IMG/VR virus record: IMGVR_UViG_3300034521_000090
Coordinates: 1 to 40,732 of that record
From: a virus
Lineage: Duplodnaviria; Caudoviricetes
DNA length: 40,732 nt
Strand: one strand, 5' to 3'
A program made the position numbers and the translations under genes. Below the pieces are notes generated by a model. The model was not told the DNA's origin. It worked only from the letters and a program-made list of their open reading frames with translations, and did not search any database. Below, piece after piece: positions 14,380-24,239 of this stretch. The first letter of the stretch is position 1, and each line of letters opens with the position of its first letter.

Positions 14380-15347
14380 ATACCAAACAAGCCGCAATTG
14401 GTCGCTGGGCTGAGATATACAAACACTACGGTCTTCCTGGAATTACCGGGAAAAACCACCTTAAAGGGGAATGTCCTCTGTGTGGTCGTAAGGGGAAATT
14501 CCGCTGTGACAATAAAAACGGTACCGGGTCATACATCTGCGTGTGTGGTTCAGGCGATGGCTGGGCGCTGCTGACAGCAAAAACAGGGAAAGAATTTAAG
14601 GTTCTTGCCTCAGAGATAGACAGGCTGATCGGCAATGAATACACCTCAAACCGCACCAGTGTAAACCCGGTACGCACATCGCTGGCGCAGCAGCGTGAGA
14701 AGGTAAGCCGTAAATTTGCAAAGCTCATCCCGCTGCGTGGGACCAGTGCAGACAGTTACCTGAAGGGGAGAGGGCTTAATACCCTTCCAGCCGAAAGCGT
14801 CAGATTCTGCGACAAACAGCCGGTAGACGGTAAAAACCTCCAGGCTATCTACGCGCTGGCGACGGACGATAAAGGCGAACTTTGCTACCTGCACCGCACC
14901 CTGCTTGACGGGGACAAGAAAGCGCAAACAGGCGGCGCAGCCAAGAAGATGATGAAGCTGCAGGAGGATAGTTACCTGGAGTTTGCCAAATCCGTCGCCA
15001 TCCGCATGTTTCCCACATCCTCCACGCTGGGTATTGCTGAAGGTATCGAAACCGCTCTGGCCTGCCATCAGATAACCAAGTGTCATACCTGGGCAACGAT
15101 GAACACCGCTTTCATGAAGAAGTTCCGCGTTCCTGCCGGGGTAAAGAACCTGATTATTTTTGCTGATTCTGACTCAAACGCAGCCGGGCATGCTGCCGCA
15201 TTTGAATGTGCTGCTGCAAACCTGCATGCGAAGAACGATCTGGAGACTGTATCCGTCCGCTGGCCTGCGCAGGGTGACTTTAACGATCTGCTGCAAAACG
15301 GCTCCGAAGTATTCGAATGGGTATTCCACAGGGGGATGAAGCAGTGA
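14376..15347 (+). CDS. DNA primase (zinc-binding plus TOPRIM)
   Basis: CPLC..CVC zinc domain, AEGIETAL, FADSD, DFND. Confidence 0.9.
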   Translation: MNTKQAAIGRWAEIYKHYGLPGITGKNHLKGECPLCGRKGKFRCDNKNGTGSYICVCGSGDGWALLTAKTGKEFKVLASEIDRLIGNEYTSNRTSVNPVRTSLAQQREKVSRKFAKLIPLRGTSADSYLKGRGLNTLPAESVRFCDKQPVDGKNLQAIYALATDDKGELCYLHRTLLDGDKKAQTGGAAKKMMKLQEDSYLEFAKSVAIRMFPTSSTLGIAEGIETALACHQITKCHTWATMNTAFMKKFRVPAGVKNLIIFADSDSNAAGHAAAFECAAANLHAKNDLETVSVRWPAQGDFNDLLQNGSEVFEWVFHRGMKQ

Positions 15348-15961
15348 AGAAGCCAGCCAGACAAAAGTTAAAGGTGTACAAGCCCAAGGTCTGCGCTCAG
15401 TGCGGAAAGACATTCACCCCAGATCGTAATCTGCAGAAAGTGTGCGGCCCTCGCTGTGCGATTGACTACAACCGTGCGCTGAAAGCCAGGAAAGCGGAAG
15501 CAGAGAGAAAGGTTAGCCTGAAGATTCGTAAGAAGGCACTCCAGCCTCGTGGGTACTTTGTCAGTAAGGCACAAACGGCGTTTAACGCTTTTATCCGCGA
15601 ACGCGACGAGGGTAAGCCTTGCCCGTCCTGCGGCACATATCATCCTCCTATGATTTTCGGCGGTCAGTGGGATTGTGGTCACTTCCTCAGCGTTGGATCA
15701 CGTCCTGAACTGCGTTTTGAAGAAAAGAACGCCTACCGCCAGTGCAAGGCCTGCAACGGTGGCGCTGGTCGCTTTACCGCTAAAAACAAGACGGTACACG
15801 AGCGCTACAGAGCAACGCTAATCGAATGGTTTGGCCTTGAGCTGGTGGAATGGCTGGAAGGCCCACACGAGGCGAAGCACTACTCACGAGAAGAGCTTGA
15901 AGATATTGCGGCTACTTACCGCCGTAAAACCCGCGAACTGAAAAAGCAGAGGGCAGCATGA
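15344..15961 (+). CDS. ninG: NinG/Rap endonuclease
   Basis: AQTAFNAFIRERD..PCPSCG..WDCGHF.S.G...LRF.E.N..RQC..CN; GTG start overlaps the primase stop. Confidence 0.9.
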   Translation: MKKPARQKLKVYKPKVCAQCGKTFTPDRNLQKVCGPRCAIDYNRALKARKAEAERKVSLKIRKKALQPRGYFVSKAQTAFNAFIRERDEGKPCPSCGTYHPPMIFGGQWDCGHFLSVGSRPELRFEEKNAYRQCKACNGGAGRFTAKNKTVHERYRATLIEWFGLELVEWLEGPHEAKHYSREELEDIAATYRRKTRELKKQRAA

Positions 15962-16119
15962 TTACAGTGCTACTGATCATCTATGCGTTTATGTCTGGTG
16001 CAACAGCAGAATATATGCACAACCGATTAAAACAAACGCAGGCCTCAGGAAATATAGCTCTGAGCGCAATCATTCTTGGTGCCTTGTGGCCTTTCGTAAT
16101 ATTCAGGGGGTTCAGATGA
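15958..16119 (+). CDS. Small 53-aa membrane protein (not in ORF track)
   Basis: ATGA-coupled at both ends; MITVLLIIYAFMSGA...[20 protein letters not shown]. Confidence 0.65.
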   Translation: MITVLLIIYAFMSGATAEYMHNRLKQTQASGNIALSAIILGALWPFVIFRGFR

Positions 16120-16760
16120 GCTATGACCTTATCTACTGCGATCCACCGTGGGAATACGGAAACAGAATCAGCAACGGTGCGGCCTGTAATCATTACAGCA
16201 CCATGAGCATGGAAGAACTTAAACGCCTTCCAATATGGAAAGTGGCTGCTGAAAACGCTGTACTGGCGATGTGGTACACCGGGACCCATAACCGCGAGGC
16301 TGTAGAACTGGCTGAATCATGGGGATTCCGGGTTAGAACGATGAAGGGATTTACGTGGGTGAAGCTGAATCAGAATGCTGCTGATCGCTTCAATAAGGCA
16401 TTAAGCACTGGAGAGCTGGTGGACTTCAACGATCTGCTTGAAATGCTGGACCGTGAAACCCGCATGAACGGTGGCAACCATACCCGCAGCAATACAGAGG
16501 ATGTGCTGATTGCTACCAGGGGAAATGGCTTACAACGCGCCAGCGCATCTGTAAAACAGGTTGTGCATACCTGTCTTGGCGAACATAGCGCAAAGCCGTG
16601 GGAAGTCAGGAACCGACTGGAACAATTATACGGCGATGTGAAAAGAATCGAAATATTCGCTCGGGAAGAGTGGAAAGGATGGGACCGCTGGGGAAACGAA
16701 TGCAACAACAGTATTGAAATGATTACTGGTCAGATAAAAGAGGTGAACCATGCAGCGTAA
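16116..16760 (+). CDS. MT-A70 family N6-adenine methyltransferase (orphan)
   Basis: YCDPPW, HYSTM, GFTWVK, HTRSNTE, HSAKP, EIFAR, WGNE. Confidence 0.9.
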   Translation: MSYDLIYCDPPWEYGNRISNGAACNHYSTMSMEELKRLPIWKVAAENAVLAMWYTGTHNREAVELAESWGFRVRTMKGFTWVKLNQNAADRFNKALSTGELVDFNDLLEMLDRETRMNGGNHTRSNTEDVLIATRGNGLQRASASVKQVVHTCLGEHSAKPWEVRNRLEQLYGDVKRIEIFAREEWKGWDRWGNECNNSIEMITGQIKEVNHAA

Positions 16761-17160
16761 TATCCAAATGGTAATGGAGCGCTGGGGCGCTTGGGCAGCA
16801 AACAACAGTGAAGACGTTACATGGGCTCATATTGCGGCTGGCTTTAAAGGACTCATACCAGCAAAGACCAAATCCCGCGTTCAATGTTGTGATGATGATG
16901 CGATGGTTATCTGTGGCTGTATGGCCCGACTGAACAAAGGTAATAGTGAGCTTCATGACTTGCTGGTGGACTATTACCTGTTCGGAATGACATTTATGTC
17001 GCTGGCAAAAAAACATAACTGCTCTGATGGTCATATAGGAAAAAAACTACAAAAGGGAGAGGGAATAATTGAAGGAATGCTGATGATGCTTGAAGTGAAA
17101 CTTGAAATGGATGTCGAGGTGTCATTTATTCCTGAAGGAAAAATTGTTGCGGCTGCATAA
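16750..17160 (+). CDS. Q: Late antiterminator Q
   Basis: [12 protein letters not shown]...AAGFKGL..CCDDD...K.LQ..EG.IEG; located before pR' and lysis. Confidence 0.9.
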   Translation: MQRNIQMVMERWGAWAANNSEDVTWAHIAAGFKGLIPAKTKSRVQCCDDDAMVICGCMARLNKGNSELHDLLVDYYLFGMTFMSLAKKHNCSDGHIGKKLQKGEGIIEGMLMMLEVKLEMDVEVSFIPEGKIVAAA

Positions 17161-17166
17161 AAATAG

Positions 17167-17194
17167 TTTACGTACGTAAAAATATGAATAAGCT
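17167..17194 (+). promoter_or_regulatory. Putative late promoter pR'
   Basis: TTTACG-16-TAAGCT with palindrome tttacgtacgtaaa; directly after Q. Confidence 0.55.
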
Positions 17195-17234
17195 GTTAAG
17201 AGTGGTCACTTAGACGCGAACTTAAATATTTCAG

Positions 17235-17260
17235 AACCTCGCCAATCGGCGGGGTTTTTT
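17235..17260 (+). terminator. tR' terminator
   Basis: aacctcgcc-aatc-ggcggggtt followed by a T run. Confidence 0.8.
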
Positions 17261-17369
17261 CATTTCAGGCCCAGGCTAAAAACTGCAGATTAACCGTGAC
17301 CGCATGAGCTTGCGGCCTGAACCCTTTCCCCTCGTTTCTGAGAGGATTCACAGTAATTGAGGGGGACAG

Positions 17370-17756
17370 ATGTCCGAACCAATAACCGGCACAGGCTTAG
17401 CTGGTGGCGCTTTAACTGGGGCGAGTGTTTACGGACTGTTAACCGGAACGGATTATGGTGTTGTGTTCGGTGCATTTGCTGGTTCTGTTTTCTATATAGC
17501 ATCAGCTGCTGATTTGAGCACTTCACGCCGATTGGCATATTTCATCGTGTCATATATTGCCGGAATGCTCTGCGCTGGATTAGTTGGGGCTAAATTGTCA
17601 GCCCTTACGGGATATAGCGATAAACCGCTGGATGCTATCGGTGCCGTAATCGTTTCTGCTTTAGCCGTCAAAATCCTGACGTTCCTGAATAATCAGGATA
17701 TCGGCTCGCTGGTGGCGCTGATAACGCGCCGGGGAGGTTCAGGTGGTACTAAATGA
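17370..17756 (+). CDS. Putative holin
   Basis: MSEP..., multiple TM segments, first lysis gene. Confidence 0.8.
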   Translation: MSEPITGTGLAGGALTGASVYGLLTGTDYGVVFGAFAGSVFYIASAADLSTSRRLAYFIVSYIAGMLCAGLVGAKLSALTGYSDKPLDAIGAVIVSALAVKILTFLNNQDIGSLVALITRRGGSGGTK

Positions 17757-18024
17757 CCCATCGGCAACAATCAACGCGCTGCTTTGTGCTGGGGTAGTGC
17801 TGACCCTGATGTTTTACCGTCGTGGCGACTCCAGACATCGACCGTGGATATCTCGCTTAGCGTGGCTGCTTACGGTCATTTATAGCGCCGTACCGCTGGC
17901 GTATCTGTGCGGTATCTACCCTTATTCATCGTGGGCCACTATCGGGGCCAACATTATTTTCCTGTCTGTGCTGGTCGCCGTCAGAGGCAACGTGGCACGC
18001 CTGGTAGATCATCTGAGGCAATAA
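17743..18024 (+). CDS. Second holin-like membrane protein (DUF754-type)
   Basis: FYRRG.SRHRP..S..A.LL ... RGNVAR; three TM segments. Confidence 0.8.
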   Translation: MVLNDPSATINALLCAGVVLTLMFYRRGDSRHRPWISRLAWLLTVIYSAVPLAYLCGIYPYSSWATIGANIIFLSVLVAVRGNVARLVDHLRQ

Positions 18025-18638
18025 TGAACCAATCACAATTTCTGCAGGCGGCTGGTATAAGCGCCGGGCTTTCTGCACGCTGGTTTCCACACATTGATGC
18101 GGCAATGAAAGAGTTTGGCATTACAGCAGTTAATGATCAGGCCATGTTCATTGCACAAGTCGGGCATGAGTCTGCTGGCTTTACCTCGCTGGCAGAGAGT
18201 TTTAACTATTCGGTTGAAGGGCTGAAGAAAACCTTTGGTAAGCGCCTGACGCCGTACCAGTGCGAAATGCTGGGGCGTGTCGATGGTAAACAGGTCGCTC
18301 ACCAGCCACAAATAGCCAATCTGGTTTACGGTGACCGTATGGGGAATAACAGCCAGGGTGACGGCTGGAAATATCGCGGTCGTGGCCTGCTTCAAATCAC
18401 AGGTCGTGAGAACTACACCAAATGCGGTGCGGCGCTGAAACTTGATCTGATCAGTACGCCAGAACTTTTGACGCAAGAGCGACATGCGGCCCGTTCGGCG
18501 GCATGGTACTTCACGTTACGTGGTTGCCTTCTCTATTCGGGGGATGTGGAGCGCGTCACGCAGATTATCAACGGCGGGCAGAACGGCATTAACGACCGCC
18601 GTGAACGTTACGCCAAAGCTAAAGCCGCACTGGTGTGA
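18024..18638 (+). CDS. GH19 chitinase-like endolysin
   Basis: AMFIAQVGHES, GDGWKYRGRGLLQITGRENY, T..INGG.NG..DR. Confidence 0.92.
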   Translation: MNQSQFLQAAGISAGLSARWFPHIDAAMKEFGITAVNDQAMFIAQVGHESAGFTSLAESFNYSVEGLKKTFGKRLTPYQCEMLGRVDGKQVAHQPQIANLVYGDRMGNNSQGDGWKYRGRGLLQITGRENYTKCGAALKLDLISTPELLTQERHAARSAAWYFTLRGCLLYSGDVERVTQIINGGQNGINDRRERYAKAKAALV

Positions 18639-18645
18639 GGTCACT

Positions 18646-18915
18646 ATGGGACTTGAAATGATTATTGGCCTGGTTGTTGCAGCGCTGGCTGCAATTGCAG
18701 GTGCTTTTGGTCTGGGTAAATCACGCGGTACAAGTATCGCCGAAACAAAAGCGGACCAGCAACGCACTGAAGAACGTGCAACAGCTACTGAAGCTGTTGC
18801 TGAACGCCGGGTAGAGACAACAAAAGGAGCCAGGGATGTACAGCAGACTGTTAATCATCTTCCTGATGACGATGTTGACCGCGAGTTGCGCGAAAAATTT
18901 ACCCGCAAAACCTGA
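18646..18915 (+). CDS. i-spanin (Rz-like)
   Basis: N-terminal TM plus helical periplasmic region after the endolysin. Confidence 0.75.
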   Translation: MGLEMIIGLVVAALAAIAGAFGLGKSRGTSIAETKADQQRTEERATATEAVAERRVETTKGARDVQQTVNHLPDDDVDRELREKFTRKT

Positions 18916-19078
18916 AGTAACGGACACGGCCTGTGACTGGGTAAGCATCATCTACCTTACTGAGCACGATATTGCTGTGCTGGATAAACAGACGAAGCGG
19001 GACATATTGGCGCACAACAAATCAGTGCAGGCTAACTGCATGAAGGAGCCAGGCCGTGAACGTAGAGAACCTAAGTAA
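18836..19078 (+). CDS. o-spanin lipoprotein (Rz1-like)
   Basis: Lipobox LTAS-C; overlaps the Rz-like gene; DTAC.W...I motif. Confidence 0.8.
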   Translation: MYSRLLIIFLMTMLTASCAKNLPAKPEVTDTACDWVSIIYLTEHDIAVLDKQTKRDILAHNKSVQANCMKEPGRERREPK

Positions 19079-19286
19079 CGCGCATTACATCTATAACGGA
19101 ATGAAAGAGCTACAGCGACAGAAAGGCATGCTGGAAAGTGGTGATGGGCTTGGTGTGACAATCCAGTCTACCTATCAGGATAAAGCCTTTCTCGATGCTA
19201 TTCGCCCACATGCAGTGGCTGAACTTGATCGCCGTATAGAGGAAAAGAAAGCCGCGCTGGTTAGTTTTGGCATCTCATTCACTTAA
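19056..19286 (+). CDS. Hypothetical protein
   Basis: GTG start with AAGGAG upstream; 76 aa. Confidence 0.6.
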   Translation: MNVENLSNAHYIYNGMKELQRQKGMLESGDGLGVTIQSTYQDKAFLDAIRPHAVAELDRRIEEKKAALVSFGISFT

Positions 19287-19305
19287 GGAAGCCTGCGGAG
19301 GTTAT

Positions 19306-19539
19306 ATGCGTCTCACTGTATTAGATGACGATCCCGGCAGGAAGATTAATCTCGGTGTAGAGAGGTACGCTGTTTTTCTCGATGGTATTGAGGTTAAGCA
19401 TGTCTTCACTGCTGACGATGAGAAGGGCGAAGTAATCGCAGCCGTTCCTGATGAGCGTGGTTATATGACGACAGAGAACGGTGAAGTGAAGCGGCATACG
19501 CTTTACGGTTCCGTGAGGATTGAACCATGCCAGCGTTAA
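19306..19539 (+). CDS. Hypothetical protein
   Basis: GGAGG RBS before ATG 19306; VFLDG.EV..VFTAD.EKG. Confidence 0.7.
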   Translation: MRLTVLDDDPGRKINLGVERYAVFLDGIEVKHVFTADDEKGEVIAAVPDERGYMTTENGEVKRHTLYGSVRIEPCQR

Positions 19540-19877
19540 TCCCTCGCGCATGTCGCAAGAGAGGTTGTCCCGGTACGACTACGGACCGTTCAGGCTACTG
19601 TGAGCAGCATCGCAATGAGGGCTGGCAACAGCATCAGCAGGGTAAGAGCCGCCATGAGCGTGGCTACGGCGGCAAGTGGGACATCAAACGCGCCCGCATC
19701 CTGAGGCGTGATAATCATCTGTGTCAGAACTGCCTGCGTAGTGGACGTGCTGTCGCGGCCACAACCGTTGACCATATCAAGGCTAAGGCACATGGGGGTA
19801 CCGATGATGATTCGAACCTTGAAAGCCTGTGCTGGCCCTGCCACCGCTCGAAAACAGGTCGCGAGCGCTTTAAATGA
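19527..19877 (+). CDS. HNH endonuclease (HK97 gp74-like terminase cofactor)
   Basis: CQNC...VDHI...GG....NL.SLC..CH..KT; upstream of the terminase. Confidence 0.9.
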   Translation: MPALIPRACRKRGCPGTTTDRSGYCEQHRNEGWQQHQQGKSRHERGYGGKWDIKRARILRRDNHLCQNCLRSGRAVAATTVDHIKAKAHGGTDDDSNLESLCWPCHRSKTGRERFK

Positions 19878-19902
19878 TAGTAATTATCATCAACAGGTGT
19901 GA

Positions 19903-19990
19903 AGGGGAGGGGGAGGTCAAATCCCTGTGGGCAAAGGCCCTAGGGACCGCCGCCTAGCCTTTCTTCACATCGCCGCAGGTTAGAAAACTT
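19903..19990. other. Putative cos region
   Basis: Between HNH and terS; dyad ctagg-gaccgccg-cctag at 19940-19957, preceded by a G-rich tract. Confidence 0.55.
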
Positions 19991-20033
19991 TTTTTGGGGT
20001 TCCCCAGCCGATGATTAATAGGAGTTTTCGATT

Positions 20034-20507
20034 ATGTCAGGACCGCCGAAAACCCCTACCCATCTGCGTTTGGTGAGGGGTAACCCATCAAAACGACCGA
20101 TCAACAATAACGAGCCGAAACCACCTAAAGGGGTCCCCCCAGTTCCCAAGCATTTCGACAAGCAGGGGAAGTACTGGTTTAAGCGGATGGCTGAAGAGTT
20201 GGACGCCATCGGCGTGATCTCCCAGCTTGACGGGCGAGCCCTTGAACTGCTTGTGGAAGCGTATACCGAATACAGACATCACTGCGACACGCTGGAGATT
20301 GAGGGGTATACGTACCGAACTGAAACGCAGACTGGTGACGTCATGATAAAGGCACATCCGGCAGCAATTATGAAAGCCGACGCCTGGAAAAGGCTGCGAG
20401 CCATGCTTGGTGAGTTCGGAATGACGCCTGCCAGTCGATCGAAAGTAAGTACAAAAACTCCGGGCGAAGTTGATCTTATTGCTGAATTTATGAAAGCGAG
20501 GGACTAA
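20034..20507 (+). CDS. Terminase small subunit (P27 family)
   Basis: P.TPT.LRLVRGNPSKRP...HPA...EFGMTPASR. Confidence 0.93.
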   Translation: MSGPPKTPTHLRLVRGNPSKRPINNNEPKPPKGVPPVPKHFDKQGKYWFKRMAEELDAIGVISQLDGRALELLVEAYTEYRHHCDTLEIEGYTYRTETQTGDVMIKAHPAAIMKADAWKRLRAMLGEFGMTPASRSKVSTKTPGEVDLIAEFMKARD

Positions 20508-22264
20508 TGGCTAAAGTTTCCGATGGGATACGTTACGCCGAACGCGTCGTTGCCGGTGAAGTTATCACTTGTGAATTTGTCCGTCTCGCCTGCCAGCGTT
20601 TTCTTGATGATCTGAAGTACGGTGAAGAACGTGGTATCTATTTCAGCGAGCCCCGCGCACAGCACATCCTCAACTTCTATAAATTCGTGCCTCATGTTAA
20701 AGGAGCACTGGCAGGCCAGCCGATTGAGCTGATGGACTGGCATGTTTTCATTCTTATCAACATCTTCGGTTTTGTTATCCCCCTGGTAAATGAAGAAACA
20801 GGCGAAGTTGTGTTGCGTAATGATGGCAGTGGCCGTCCAGTGATGGTCCGCAGGTTTCGCACGGCATATAACGAGGTAGCCCGTAAAAACGCCAAGTCGA
20901 CATTATCCTCTGGCGTTGGTCTCTATATGGCTGGCGCCGATGGTGAGGGCGGGGCAGAGGTTTATTCCGCAGCGACAACGCGGGATCAGGCTCGCATCGT
21001 TTTTGAAGATGCGAAAAACATGGTTAAAAAAGCGAAACCCACACTGGGGCGACTGTTTGAATTCAATAAACTGGCAATCTACCAGGAGCAGACAGCATCC
21101 AAGTTTGAACCGCTTTCTTCTGATGCCAACAATCTGGATGGTCTCAATATCCATTGTGGCATCGTCGACGAACTTCATGCGCATAAAACCCGTGATGTCT
21201 GGGACGTTCTGGAGACTGCAACCGGCGCACGATTGCAGTCCCTTCTGTTTGGCATAACGACAGCGGGTTTTAACAAAGAAGGTATTTGTTACGAGCTGCG
21301 CGATTATGCCATTAAGGTGCTGCGTGGTTATAACAGCGAAGTGGAAGGCGCGGTAAAAGACGATACCTTTTTCGCTATCATCTTCACCCTGGATAAGGAT
21401 GATGATCCGTTTGATGAAACGGTCTGGCAAAAGGCTAACCCTGGGCTTGGTATCTGTAAGCGCTGGGATGATCTTCGCCGCCTGGCTAAGAAGGCCAAAG
21501 AACAGGTTTCCGCCAGGGTTAACTTTTTTACCAAACACATGAATATCTGGGTGACGGCAGAGTCAGCCTGGATGGACATGATTAAGTGGGAAAACTGTGA
21601 GTTTATAGCCCCCCGTCATGAGCTGAAAACCTACCCGATGTGGGCTGGCGTGGATCTGGCCCACAAGATTGATATTTGCGCAGCAGTAAAACTCTGGCGG
21701 GCAGACAACGGCCACGCGCATGCAGACTTTAAATTCTGGTTACCCGAAGGGCGGCTGGAAAAATGTTCCGCTCAAATGGCGCAGATGTATCGCAAATGGG
21801 CCGAGCTTGGAAAGCTGGAACTGACCGATGGTGATGTTATCGATCATGCGCAGATTAAAGCTGATTTTCTGGAATGGATTAGCGGCGAAAACCTGAAGGA
21901 AACCGGGTTTGACCCCTGGAGCGCAACGCAGTTTAGCCTGGCTCTGGCAGAAGAGGGTGTGCCGCTGGTAGAGGTTCCGCAAACGGTCAGAAACTTTTCT
22001 GAGTCAATGAAAGAAGTGGAGTCTCTGGTTTATGGCGGGCGTTTTCATCACAGCAATCATCCGGTTATGAACTGGATGATGTCTAACGTCACCGTCAAGC
22101 CAGACAAAAACGACAATATCTTTCCGAACAAATCCACACCCGAAGCAAAAATAGACGGTCCCGCTGCGCTATTTACTGCGATGAGCAGAATGCTGGTTAA
22201 CGGTGGTGGTGAAGCTGATTTCCTGTCCACACTCGACCCTGACGAAGATCTTTTAATTCTATGA
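20507..22264 (+). CDS. Terminase large subunit
   Basis: VARKNAKST Walker A, DELHAH, GVDLA, FDPW, KIDG. Confidence 0.95.
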   Translation: MAKVSDGIRYAERVVAGEVITCEFVRLACQRFLDDLKYGEERGIYFSEPRAQHILNFYKFVPHVKGALAGQPIELMDWHVFILINIFGFVIPLVNEETGEVVLRNDGSGRPVMVRRFRTAYNEVARKNAKSTLSSGVGLYMAGADGEGGAEVYSAATTRDQARIVFEDAKNMVKKAKPTLGRLFEFNKLAIYQEQTASKFEPLSSDANNLDGLNIHCGIVDELHAHKTRDVWDVLETATGARLQSLLFGITTAGFNKEGICYELRDYAIKVLRGYNSEVEGAVKDDTFFAIIFTLDKDDDPFDETVWQKANPGLGICKRWDDLRRLAKKAKEQVSARVNFFTKHMNIWVTAESAWMDMIKWENCEFIAPRHELKTYPMWAGVDLAHKIDICAAVKLWRADNGHAHADFKFWLPEGRLEKCSAQMAQMYRKWAELGKLELTDGDVIDHAQIKADFLEWISGENLKETGFDPWSATQFSLALAEEGVPLVEVPQTVRNFSESMKEVESLVYGGRFHHSNHPVMNWMMSNVTVKPDKNDNIFPNKSTPEAKIDGPAALFTAMSRMLVNGGGEADFLSTLDPDEDLLIL

Positions 22265-22422
22265 AAACATTAATGACTGATGCTATCGGGCTGACAGGGT
22301 TCGGTTCGCTCGCTGCTGGCGTATATCTCCAGTTCGGTCTGGCTTCATCTCTGATGATGTCCGGTAGTTTGCTTTTGCTTTATGCACTGGTGGTCGCAAT
22401 GAGGGGGAAAAATGCTGCTTGA
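22261..22422 (+). CDS. Small 53-aa membrane protein between terL and portal
   Basis: MKTLMTDAIGLTGFGSLAAGVYLQFG...; overlaps both neighbours. Confidence 0.65.
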   Translation: MKTLMTDAIGLTGFGSLAAGVYLQFGLASSLMMSGSLLLLYALVVAMRGKNAA

Positions 22423-23638
22423 TGCCCTGTTTCGCAATGAACCACTGGAGAATCCCTCTACGCCAATTACTGGAGAATCAGCAGAAACGGACAATATTTT
22501 TGCCCGCGACGTTTTTGTCAGCCCCGAAACGGCGATGAAACTGGCGGCTGTTTACGCCTGTATTTATGTTATTTCGTCAAATATTGCGCAGATGCCGCTA
22601 CACGTGATGCGTAAAACCAATAACAAGGTTGAAGCTGCGCGCGACCATCCTGTGTTCTACCTGGTGCACGATGAGCCGAACGTGTGGCAGACCAGCTATA
22701 AATGGCGCGAGTTAAAGCAACGTCATATTTTGGGCTGGGGTAATGGCTATACGTGGGTAAAACGTTCCAGACGCGGTGAGGTTTCCGGCCTGGAATGCTG
22801 TATGCCGTGGGAAACCACGCTACTCAACACCGGGGGGCGTTACACCTATGGGGTTTACAACGAAGAAGGCGCGTTTGCTATAAACCCAGACGATATGGTG
22901 CATATCAGGGCGCTCGGTAATAACCAGAAAATGGGACTCAGCCCGATCATGCAACACGCCGAAACGATCGGTATGGGAATGAGCGGGCAGGCATACACCA
23001 GTTCTTTCTTCAGTGGCAATGCCCGACCAGCTGGCATCATTTCGGTGAAAAGCCAGTTGAATGATGAAAGTTGGGGGCGTTTAAAAAGCATGTGGCAAAA
23101 GGCAGTTGTTGCGCTGCGTAGCCAAGAGAATAAAACAATGCTTCTCCCGGCAGAGCTGGATTACAAAGCGCTGACTGTTTCCCCTGTTGATGCGCAGATC
23201 ATCGACATGTCTAAACTGAACCGCTCCATGATTGCCGGGATATTCAATGTTCCTGCACACATGATTAATGATCTCGAAAAAGCCACCTTCTCAAACATTA
23301 CGCAGCAGGCCATTCAGTTTGTCCGCTACACGATCATGCCGTGGGTAACGAACTGGGAGCAGGAGCTTAACCGACGGCTGTTTACCCGTGCTGAGCTGGC
23401 GGCAGGGTATTACGTCAGGTTTAACCTGACAGGCCTGCTACGCGGAACCCCGCAGGAGCGTGCTCAGTTCTACCACTTTGCAATCACTGATGGCTGGATG
23501 AGCCGCAACGAGGCGCGAGCCTTCGAAGATATGAACCCGGTAGACGGCCTTGATGAAATGCTGGTAAGCGTGAACGCGGCTAACCCGGCAGATGATTTTA
23601 AGGCACCAAAAACCGACGAGGAAAAAACCAATGAATGA
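22412..23638 (+). CDS. Portal protein (HK97 family)
   Basis: AVYACI..IS..IAQMP, GLSPI, IA.IFNVP, NEAR..E.M.P. Confidence 0.95.
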   Translation: MLLDALFRNEPLENPSTPITGESAETDNIFARDVFVSPETAMKLAAVYACIYVISSNIAQMPLHVMRKTNNKVEAARDHPVFYLVHDEPNVWQTSYKWRELKQRHILGWGNGYTWVKRSRRGEVSGLECCMPWETTLLNTGGRYTYGVYNEEGAFAINPDDMVHIRALGNNQKMGLSPIMQHAETIGMGMSGQAYTSSFFSGNARPAGIISVKSQLNDESWGRLKSMWQKAVVALRSQENKTMLLPAELDYKALTVSPVDAQIIDMSKLNRSMIAGIFNVPAHMINDLEKATFSNITQQAIQFVRYTIMPWVTNWEQELNRRLFTRAELAAGYYVRFNLTGLLRGTPQERAQFYHFAITDGWMSRNEARAFEDMNPVDGLDEMLVSVNAANPADDFKAPKTDEEKTNE

Positions 23639-24230
23639 CCGTGAAACACGCTGCTATAGCGGGGAGGTTCGCGCGGAACAACGCACCGATGAGCCCACCC
23701 GCATTCTGGGTTACGGATCGGTGTTTAACAGTCGCTCGGAACCTCTCTGGGGTTTTCGTGAAATTATCAAACCCGGTGCTTTTGACGATGTGCTGAATGA
23801 TGATGTTCGCGGGCTGTTTAACCATGACCCTAATTTTATCCTTGGTCGTAGCGCTGCCGGAACGTTGTCACTGTCTGTAGATGATCGCGGTCTGCGTTAC
23901 GACATTACCGCGCCGGATACGCAAACCATCCGCGATCTGGTGTTAGCACCGATGCTTCGCGGTGACATTAACCAGTCGTCCTTTGCCTTTCGAGTTGCCC
24001 GTGATGGCGAGCACTGGTATGAGGACGACGAAGGGGTAGTTATTCGCGAAATATCGAAGTTTTCCCGGCTGTTTGATGTCAGTCCGGTGACCTATCCCGC
24101 ATATCAGGAGGCCGATTCCGGCGTCCGATCGATGAAAGCCTGGCAGGAGGCGCGCGACAGTGGTGCGCTACATAACGCCATTAATCAACGAATGGCGCGT
24201 GAGCGCCTGCTGACTCTTCTTAACGCGTAA
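23631..24230 (+). CDS. Prohead protease (HK97 family)
   Basis: F.EII.PGAF, LFNHD, SFAF, DVSPVTYPAY. Confidence 0.95.
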   Translation: MNDRETRCYSGEVRAEQRTDEPTRILGYGSVFNSRSEPLWGFREIIKPGAFDDVLNDDVRGLFNHDPNFILGRSAAGTLSLSVDDRGLRYDITAPDTQTIRDLVLAPMLRGDINQSSFAFRVARDGEHWYEDDEGVVIREISKFSRLFDVSPVTYPAYQEADSGVRSMKAWQEARDSGALHNAINQRMARERLLTLLNA

Positions 24231-24239
24231 GGAAAAACC

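Noticed and set aside
20903-21538. Long antisense ORFs within structural genes (also 24168-24692, 33111-33791, 4858-5412)
   Set aside because: Shadow frames of well-supported genes, with no RBS or recognisable motifs
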